From: a virus
Virus record (IMG/VR): IMGVR_UViG_3300002461_000783
Span: 1 to 10,539 of that record
Length of the DNA stretch: 10,539 nt
Direction: 5' to 3' (one strand)
In this document: positions 1 to 4,621 of the stretch, piece after piece
How positions within the stretch are numbered: the first letter of the stretch is position 1
How the letters are laid out: every line of letters begins with the position of its first letter
Position numbers and translations under genes: made by a program
The notes under the pieces: model-generated
What the model was told of the DNA's origin: nothing
What the model saw: the letters and a program-made list of their open reading frames with translations, nothing else
The model's database searches: none

Positions 1-94
1 TGCAGCCGATACCGGCCGGCGCGCTCAGAATCCGGCGCTTTTTGCGGATTTCCGCCGGCCGGCCGGTCAACCGATTTTGCGATCATACCGAGAG
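1..94. repeat. Left copy of the exact 94-bp direct terminal overlap (circular-assembly redundancy); carries the first 28 codons of rep on the minus strand (ATG at 84-86)
   Basis: Letter-for-letter identical to 10446-10539. The overlap cuts through the rep ORF, so it is not a biological terminal repeat. Confidence 0.95.
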
Positions 95-255
95 GCCGGC
101 GCACGAGCGCGCCGGCACTTCATAACCCGTTGATTTTTCGATGACTTTAGACATTCTGGCCCAGGCAGCGAAACACCACCGCGCATCGTCAACCGGCCAC
201 CGCCACCGGAGCACCGGACGCGCGGCCAGCGCCTGCAGGCGGCGTTGCTTTCGAC
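87..255 (-). promoter_or_regulatory. Non-coding region upstream of rep: candidate rep promoter, Rep-binding or origin region
   Basis: 169 bp lie between the stop of ORF 256-456 and the rep ATG (84-86). A GC hairpin at 95-102/109-116 (GCCGGCGC acgagc GCGCCGGC) sits 8 nt from the rep ATG. An A/T-rich patch spans 117-158. Four copies of (C/G)CACCG occur between 176 and 216. rep has no recognisable Shine-Dalgarno sequence. Confidence 0.35.
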
Positions 256-456
256 TCACCGCGCGGCCCTCGCCGCATCCCGCCGCGCCGCCCTGTTCGG
301 AGCCACCACAGGCCCACCAGGAAGCCGCAGGACGCGCCGCACGAACACCGGCCACCAGGCGGCACGCCCGAGCAGCACCAACGCCAGGCCGAGCCTGTAG
401 CGCCACGGCATCAGCATCGCCTGCTCGAACGCGCGCGAGAACTCAGCGGGCGTCAC
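256..456 (-). CDS. Hypothetical small protein (66 aa), one hydrophobic segment and an Arg-rich tail
   Basis: The GTG start forms a GTGA overlap with the stop of gene 453-686. A hand count of codon-position G+C over 259-405 in this frame gives 3rd 86%, 1st 78%, 2nd 66%, the coding pattern expected in a high-GC genome. The competing ORF 83-406 lacks this pattern. Hydrophobic stretch: LGLALVLLGRAAWWPVFV. Confidence 0.5.
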   Translation of the reverse strand: MTPAEFSRAFEQAMLMPWRYRLGLALVLLGRAAWWPVFVRRVLRLPGGPVVAPNRAARRDAARAAR

Positions 457-686
457 AGCGCCTGCAGCTCGCTGCAGTCAAACGCAGTCGGACCGCTGCG
501 CGGCGTGTTATCCAGCTGCACCAGGACGCCGCCGACACCATCGGCACCGCTGACAGTGCCGCGACTGTTGCCCCACTCGCCAGCCTTCACACGCACACGC
601 GAGCCGACAACAAAGCCGCCTACAGATGCAGCGGGTTTCTTCGCAGCGGATTTCTTCGTTGCAGTTTTTTTCTTCGCCTTGGTCAT
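453..686 (-). CDS. Small basic protein (77 aa): histone-H1-like Lys/Ala-rich N-terminal tail plus a short beta-rich (SH3/KOW-like) domain; candidate DNA-binding protein
   Basis: ATG at 684-686 is preceded by GAGGAG 7 nt upstream. N-terminus is MTKAKKKTATKKSAAKKPAAS, followed by VGSRVRVKAGEWGNSRGTVSG...VLVQLDN. The stop overlaps the next start (GTGA). Confidence 0.75.
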   Translation of the reverse strand: MTKAKKKTATKKSAAKKPAASVGGFVVGSRVRVKAGEWGNSRGTVSGADGVGGVLVQLDNTPRSGPTAFDCSELQAL

Positions 687-698
687 CGTTCACTCCTC

Positions 699-729
699 AA
701 AAAAAAGACCGCTGCCACGATGGCAGCGG
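699..729 (-). terminator. Rho-independent terminator after the 130-aa gene
   Basis: The minus-strand RNA forms a perfect 9-bp stem (CCGCUGCCA ucg UGGCAGCGG; 721-729 with 709-717), then UC and U8 (699-706). It lies 40 nt downstream of the stop at 769-771. The U-tract runs straight into the GAGGAG SD of gene 453-686. Confidence 0.75.
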
Positions 730-768
730 CCACTACGAGACGAACAGCAGCACAGCGACGGCAGGAAC

Positions 769-1161
769 TCATGAGACCATTTCTTCGCACACCAAACGCG
801 CGACATCCTCAGCTTTTTTTACCTTGTAGAGAAACGGCTGCAGGATGAATTTAAATTCATCGCGAAACGCGGCGCGCACCTTGTAGTTATGTTCGGTGAA
901 CGTGGCAATCTCATCCGCAAAGCAACCGGTGACACGGCGCGGAAGTTCGTAGGTGTTCTCGATCTCAATAACTTCCTTGAGCGCCTTTATGGCGTTGGCC
1001 ATGTGATCCAGATACAGCTGCAGCTGCGCGTCGATGGCATCGACCGCCACGCGCTGAATCGGCGAGATTTCATCAGGCATCACGGGGCAACCGTTGACGC
1101 GGTCGAACCGCGCATCGTAGACGCGCGGAATATTCTCTCTCGACTTAGTGGGTGCGCTCAT
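769..1161 (-). CDS. Hypothetical protein (130 aa), helical and slightly acidic; second gene of the lower-GC accessory cassette
   Basis: ATG at 1159-1161 forms an ATGA overlap with the stop of the upstream gene. The amino-acid composition is diverse, not the Arg/Ala/Pro shadow type. The DNA here is visibly more A/T-rich (hand counts of roughly 47-65% per 60 nt) than the rest of the window. The gene has its own terminator. I recognise no family. Confidence 0.8.
   Translation of the reverse strand: MSAPTKSRENIPRVYDARFDRVNGCPVMPDEISPIQRVAVDAIDAQLQLYLDHMANAIKALKEVIEIENTYELPRRVTGCFADEIATFTEHNYKVRAAFRDEFKFILQPFLYKVKKAEDVARLVCEEMVS
844..861. repeat. 18-bp perfect palindrome GATGAATTTAAATTCATC inside the 130-aa gene
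   Basis: Checked base by base: positions 844-861 equal their own reverse complement. It is AT-rich within a GC-rich genome and encodes DEFKFI. Confidence 0.95.
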
Positions 1162-1391
1162 ACCCCCCCCTTGCGCGCTTCATTACGGGCGGCCGCCTGG
1201 CGCATATCGCGGCTACGCAAAAACAAAAAGGAATCGGCCGCCCTGGCCGCAGAGTGCTTATAAAAACTAGAACCCATCCGATCAAAAGCGGCTTTGTAAG
1301 CCGTTCCCTCACCGATGGCGTCGCCGGTCCGGTCGATACGGTCGATTTCACGGGCGACCGCCCCCGCGATGCTTTCTCGATTCCTCAGCAT
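1158..1391 (-). CDS. Hypothetical small protein (77 aa); first gene of the accessory cassette
   Basis: ATG at 1389-1391 is preceded by AGAGGGGA about 8 nt upstream. The ORF-track version (to 1442) uses a TTG start inside the upstream hairpin region. The 3' end carries a G8 tract and overlaps the next ATG (ATGA). Confidence 0.65.
   Translation of the reverse strand: MLRNRESIAGAVAREIDRIDRTGDAIGEGTAYKAAFDRMGSSFYKHSAARAADSFLFLRSRDMRQAAARNEARKGGV
1163..1170. repeat. C8 (G8 on the coding strand) homopolymer at the junction of the 77-aa and 130-aa genes
   Basis: The minus strand reads AAG GGG GGG GTA TGA, with the ATG of the next gene embedded in GTATGA. Confidence 0.95.
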
Positions 1392-1538
1392 GGCATTTCC
1401 CCTCTTGCACGTTGTAAGGGACGCCCGGTGACCGGGTAGCAAGAGGGAGCAAGCGCCCCAGGCCGAACGTCAGACCCAAGGGATTGAGGCGGCGAACCGG
1501 CTATGCCCCTAGATCATGGGGCGGGAGAATAACACATT
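1392..1538. promoter_or_regulatory. Divergent control region with nested inverted repeats and a candidate leftward promoter
   Basis: A 9-bp inverted repeat CCCTCTTGC (1400-1408) / GCAAGAGGG (1439-1447) encloses the palindrome CCCGGT g ACCGGG (1424-1436). The left arm contains the SD of gene 1158-1391. The minus strand reads CATAAT at 1536-1541, a possible -10 element. Confidence 0.45.
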
Positions 1539-2114
1539 ATGCGCGGAATGGCGGTAATTCTGGCCCTGTGGCTGGCGCTGGTAGCCCTGGCGTCGCGCCG
1601 CGCCGACCCCGTGAACCCCCCCCCCGGTTTTGACTCCCAACGCGTCCTAGCGCGTTTAAACCCAAAAACAGGGGGAGTCATGGATTCAGGGGAAGTACTC
1701 GCGGCCGTCAGCGTCGCCGAGTTGATCAGCATCACCGCCGTGAACGAAACCACCGCCCGCCGCTGGAAAAGCGGCCGGGCGCAGATCCCGACCGCTGCCG
1801 CCCGCCTGGTTGCGCTGTACACAGTCGGCGACCTGGCCAGCCTGGCCGGACCCGATTGGGACGGCTGGACCATCACCAGGGACGGCCGGCTGCAGTCGCC
1901 GCGCTGGCGGCGAGCCTTCACCCGCTGGGAAATCGAGGAATTGCCGAACCTGCACGGCCAGCGCGCCGCGTTCGACGTTGAACGCCGGCAGCTGCAGCGG
2001 GACATGCGCCAAGCGCATGACGAACTCGACGCCCAAAAAAAACGCGCGGCTTTTTACCGCGCGCAGCTTGTGACGGAAGCGAGGATCGGCCTAGCGTTCC
2101 TCGCGCCGCGTTGA
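1539..2114 (+). CDS. HTH regulator, DUF3653-like phage protein (191 aa as sequenced; 144-aa core if started at ATG 1680)
   Basis: AELISITAVNETTARRWKSGRAQIPTAAARLVALYTVGDL...WDGWTITRDGRLQSP matches my recollection of DUF3653 (HTH plus a W-x-G-W motif). The first 29 codons (MRGMAVILALWLALVALA...) have coding-like GC3 (25/29 by hand). The next 18 codons (1626-1679) do not (8/18). They carry TTGACT, an operator-like palindrome and AGGGGGAG (1670-1677) ahead of an internal ATG at 1680. This is the only plus-strand gene. Confidence 0.65.
   Translation: MRGMAVILALWLALVALASRRADPVNPPPGFDSQRVLARLNPKTGGVMDSGEVLAAVSVAELISITAVNETTARRWKSGRAQIPTAAARLVALYTVGDLASLAGPDWDGWTITRDGRLQSPRWRRAFTRWEIEELPNLHGQRAAFDVERRQLQRDMRQAHDELDAQKKRAAFYRAQLVTEARIGLAFLAPR
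1616..1625. repeat. C10 homopolymer linking the hydrophobic leader to the regulator ORF, 4 nt upstream of TTGACT
   Basis: Counted directly: aaC CCC CCC CCC gg. It is the longest homopolymer in the window. Confidence 0.95.
1630..1660 (+). promoter_or_regulatory. Candidate promoter/operator for the ATG-1680 form of the regulator
   Basis: TTGACT lies at 1630-1635 and TTTAAA at 1655-1660, with a suboptimal 19-nt spacer. The spacer holds the inverted repeat AACGCG tcctag CGCGTT (1639-1656). Confidence 0.3.
2035..2063 (-). terminator. Rho-independent terminator of the long minus-strand (late) operon
   Basis: The minus-strand RNA forms a perfect 7-bp stem (CGCGCGG uaaaaag CCGCGCG; 2057-2063 with 2043-2049) followed by U8 (2035-2042). 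It lies 28 nt downstream of the last minus-strand stop (2091-2093), inside the 3' coding region of the plus-strand gene. Confidence 0.7.
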
Positions 2115-2273
2115 CAGCGAGGCCGGCGCGCCGATTTCATCGAGCCGGCGATGCGCGCGGTCAATGTCGGCGCGCAGCCAATCCAGCTTCGTCGAGACAA
2201 CGCCCCATGTCACGGCGCCATTGACTAGCGCCGTGATCCCCGCCGGGGCGATTGCTTCGGTCAGCGTGAACAT
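2091..2273 (-). CDS. Small membrane protein (60 aa), one TM and a charged C-terminus; last gene of the operon
   Basis: ATG at 2271-2273 shares its A with the TGA of the upstream ORF (TGATG). TM segment is AIAPAGITALVNGAVTWGVV, followed by DWLRADIDRAHRRLDEIG. The ORF-track form (TTG at 2414) would overlap the better 59-aa ORF. Confidence 0.55.
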   Translation of the reverse strand: MFTLTEAIAPAGITALVNGAVTWGVVSTKLDWLRADIDRAHRRLDEIGAPASLSTRREER

Positions 2274-2452
2274 CAGTTCGAGCCTTTTTCCTTGAGCACG
2301 ATGCCTAGCAGCAGCGACGCGACGGACGCGGCGACGGTGGCGACTTCGGGCACGCCGACCGCAGCCAGGCCCGGCACACCGAAGATGCCGCCGAGCGCGC
2401 CCAGGGCAGCCCAAGTCGAGGGTTCACCAAAACGGGAAATTGCAGTCTTCAT
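2273..2452 (-). CDS. Small membrane protein (59 aa, two Gly/Ala-rich hydrophobic segments); absent from the ORF track
   Basis: My translation: MKTAISRFGEPSTWAALGALGGIFGVPGLAAVGVPEVATVAASVASLLLGIVLKEKGSN. ATG at 2450-2452 forms an ATGA overlap with the stop of gene 2449-2772. Its stop forms a TGATG overlap with the next start. Confidence 0.6.
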   Translation of the reverse strand: MKTAISRFGEPSTWAALGALGGIFGVPGLAAVGVPEVATVAASVASLLLGIVLKEKGSN

Positions 2453-2772
2453 CGAAAAAGTCCTTTCAGGAAGTCAGCCGCCGAACAGGAAAACGAAGCA
2501 TCCCAGGTGCGACCGGCGGCAAGGTCAGCCTGGCATTGAGTCTGGTTGGTGCGCGGAATGCCGACAATCTCGCCAGCAGTCTGCACCGACTCGGAAACGA
2601 AGCCCCCGGCAAAATCCACTGCGGCACCGCCGGCAGCCGAGCCGATGCCGCGCGCGTTTCGCGCCAGGATAGGCAGCGCGATCACAAGCACCAGGCCGAG
2701 ACCGAGGCCGACCAGCACCGCGCGCGATTGCGAGCAAGTCAGCAGCGGCATCTTGACGGCGCACTCAGACAT
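2449..2772 (-). CDS. Membrane protein (107 aa), N-terminal TM and a Cys-containing C-terminal domain
   Basis: ATG at 2770-2772 is preceded by AAGGAAG and overlaps the upstream stop (ATGTCTGA). TM segment is AVLVGLGLGLVLVIALPIL. The ORF-track N-terminal extension (to 2928) overlaps gene 2765-2965 and is Arg-rich. Confidence 0.6.
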   Translation of the reverse strand: MSECAVKMPLLTCSQSRAVLVGLGLGLVLVIALPILARNARGIGSAAGGAAVDFAGGFVSESVQTAGEIVGIPRTNQTQCQADLAAGRTWDASFSCSAADFLKGLFR

Positions 2773-2965
2773 AGACTTCCTTGACGCCGTCTTGCCGGGT
2801 GCGCGCCCAGCCATCGAGCACCGGATCGTAAACAAAGCCAGGCGGCGCGCTGTTGGCATACCGAAAATAACCCTGCAGCGTCGATTCCGATCGCCGCGAC
2901 CACTTGACCAGGAAGTAAGCCAGCGCACCAGCGCCGACCATAATCACCACATCATCGAGCTTCAT
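2765..2965 (-). CDS. Small membrane protein (66 aa), N-terminal TM; holin-like position directly after the lysozyme
   Basis: ATG at 2963-2965 forms an ATGA overlap with the lysozyme stop. TM segment is VVIMVGAGALAYFLV. Confidence 0.65.
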   Translation of the reverse strand: MKLDDVVIMVGAGALAYFLVKWSRRSESTLQGYFRYANSAPPGFVYDPVLDGWARTRQDGVKEVYV

Positions 2966-3675
2966 GCATACCCCCCGCCGGTTGAACTGAACAGCGCGAC
3001 TTCAGACGCGCGCCGATTGACCAGGCCTTGCACCACCTGGCCGCCCGCTCGGCGCCACAGCGGCAGCTGAGCAGCAGCGCCGGCATAGTCGCCGGCATTC
3101 AACAGCCGCAGCAGCGTCGAGCGGCGGAACGCGCCCACCCCGACGTTATAAACGAACGACACCAGCGCATCGAATTGCGGCTGTGTCAATGGCACCTTGA
3201 CCAGGCTATTGACAGCATCTTCGGCGATGCCGACATCCTGCGCGAGAAGGGAAGAAGCCTGCGCCTCAGTGATGCTATCCCACCACTCGCCAGGCTTCAG
3301 CAGATGGCCATAACCAATGGTCCACAGCCCGGCGGAATCCTTGTAAGGGTTGAGCTTCAGCCCTTCCCACTGCTTCAGGTGAGCCAGACCAGCAAGAGAC
3401 AGCACCATGCGACCCCCCCACACACCGGAAAAAAAGTTTTCAGCGCGATACACCACCGGCAGCAGCGCATCCCCCACGGCATCGAGCGCACCCACTTCGT
3501 ATTCATCCGGCGATGCCCAGGCACCGCCACCATCAGCACCGCGCGTCCAGTCGAACTGGTAGGCCGGATGATCGGCAGGCACCCCGCCCTGCTCCGCGCG
3601 CGACCGCAGCGCGAAGTAAAGCCCGACGCCAGCGCCGACGATCACCACAGCGGCCGCTGCAGCGCGCGCGCTCAC
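2962..3675 (-). CDS. Membrane-anchored GH24 (T4/lambda-type) lysozyme, 237 aa
   Basis: LKQWEGLKLNPYKDSAGLWTIGYGH carries the canonical E-x8-D-x5-T triad (E104, D113, T119; the E104 codon is at 3364-3366). The N-terminal TM is AAAAAVVIVGAGVGLYFAL, followed by a ~65-aa linker before the catalytic domain. The GTG start forms a GTGA overlap with the upstream stop. Confidence 0.9.
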   Translation of the reverse strand: MSARAAAAAVVIVGAGVGLYFALRSRAEQGGVPADHPAYQFDWTRGADGGGAWASPDEYEVGALDAVGDALLPVVYRAENFFSGVWGGRMVLSLAGLAHLKQWEGLKLNPYKDSAGLWTIGYGHLLKPGEWWDSITEAQASSLLAQDVGIAEDAVNSLVKVPLTQPQFDALVSFVYNVGVGAFRRSTLLRLLNAGDYAGAAAQLPLWRRAGGQVVQGLVNRRASEVALFSSTGGGYA

Positions 3676-4145
3676 TTCGGCAGTTCCGACTTGACAGAGA
3701 CGCGCACCGCCTGCAGGGCATCAGCCGCATTAGACCGCCCTTCAATCGCGTATTCCCACAGCGCCACCACCAGGGCATCGACGGTCGCGCCGCGTTCAGC
3801 GTATTTAAGCGCGCGCAGTTGATCAACGGTCATTGCAGCCAGGCGCGCAGCTGCAGCCGCCGTATCAGCAGCAGCCACACGCGACGCGCGCGCAGCGAGC
3901 AGCTGGCCGACGTTGCCGATCACACCATCGAGCGCGGCCAGCGCCGCCGCATTCAGGCCGCTCGCGCGCTGATTGCCCGCCGCGTCGATGACACAATTCA
4001 TTAGACCAGGCGCATACACCAGGCCGGCAGCACCAGGCGCAGCCTGGCCGGCATCGAGCGCGAAATTCTGCGGCGTGTCGATGTAGACGCCGGCAGCGCC
4101 CTCGACAATGACCAAGCCATCATGGGATAGCTGGACGCGGTTCAT
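3672..4145 (-). CDS. Hypothetical Ala-rich protein (157 aa) coupled to the collar protein; possible spike stalk or assembly partner
   Basis: ATGA overlap at 4142-4145. It has a beta-like N-terminal half and an Ala-rich helical C-terminal half. I recognise no family. Confidence 0.7.
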   Translation of the reverse strand: MNRVQLSHDGLVIVEGAAGVYIDTPQNFALDAGQAAPGAAGLVYAPGLMNCVIDAAGNQRASGLNAAALAALDGVIGNVGQLLAARASRVAAADTAAAAARLAAMTVDQLRALKYAERGATVDALVVALWEYAIEGRSNAADALQAVRVSVKSELPK

Positions 4146-4621
4146 CGTTCGGCCTTGATGATGTAAAAGGCAACCGCGAACGGCTGCATGTTGTTATGCG
4201 CGGTGCCGCTGCCACCGTTGCCGGTTGTAGCGGAACCACCTTTGCCAGCAGCACCCACTGGACCATAGGTTGCGCCGCTATCTACGATGAACAAAGACGC
4301 GCTTCCTGGCGGGTGAGTGTGCACGCCGTTTTCACCGTCGGTCAGCGGATGGGTTTCAGCGCCACCCGTGCCGCCACGGCTGCGCGCCGTCAGCCCCGAT
4401 CCAGAGCCAGCGCCGAGCAGCGCGCGCCCGCGACAGTCGGGCAAGTTGAACGTGGTCGAGCCGTCCCCCGCGCCGTAAGCGGTGCCGACTTCGGCAAAAA
4501 GAGCGGCATACACGGTGCGCGACACCGCAGCGCCGTTGCAGTCGAGCCAGCCAGGCGGGACAGCAGCACCGCCCCATGCCTTGATGGAGCCGACGCGCTC
4601 AGATGCCGGAGCAAAAAACAT
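4142..4621 (-). CDS. Phage Tail Collar domain protein (MdpB/COG4675-like), 159 aa; candidate receptor-binding spike subunit
   Basis: GWLDCNGAAVSRTVYAALFAEVGTAYGAGDGSTTFNLPDCRGRALLGAG ... GVHTH ... HNNMQPFAVAFYIIKA is the classic Collar-domain signature (PF07484). ATG at 4619-4621 shares one nt with the upstream TGA. Confidence 0.88.
   Translation of the reverse strand: MFFAPASERVGSIKAWGGAAVPPGWLDCNGAAVSRTVYAALFAEVGTAYGAGDGSTTFNLPDCRGRALLGAGSGSGLTARSRGGTGGAETHPLTDGENGVHTHPPGSASLFIVDSGATYGPVGAAGKGGSATTGNGGSGTAHNNMQPFAVAFYIIKAER

Noticed and set aside
1-94. Terminal repeat as a biological LTR, DTR or inverted terminal repeat
   Set aside because: The repeat is direct, exact and bisects the rep ORF, whose two halves join seamlessly. 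This is the signature of a circular molecule linearised by the assembler.
83-406. 107-aa minus-strand ORF overlapping the region upstream of rep
   Set aside because: It has a GTG start and a Trp/Arg/Ala/Gly-rich product. The hand-counted codon-position G+C over 256-405 favours the other frame (ORF 256-456). Only its last 23 codons are kept, as a speculative leader ORF.
871-898. Second dif-like string GGCGCGCACCTTGTAGTTATGTTCGGT
   Set aside because: It matches only with a 1-nt gap and about 7-8 of 11 positions per arm, its central region is 5 nt, and it lies inside coding sequence. It cannot be distinguished from chance.
1015-1026. 12-bp palindrome CAGCTGCAGCTG
   Set aside because: About 2-3 perfect 12-bp palindromes are expected by chance in 10 kb. 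It simply encodes QLQL and was not pursued.
2449-2928. N-terminally extended ORF-track versions (2449-2928, 2091-2414, 1158-1442, 9160-9564)
   Set aside because: The extensions are Arg/Cys-rich, use TTG or distant starts, and overlap better-supported neighbouring genes. Internal ATGs with SD motifs and stop-start coupling give coherent products.
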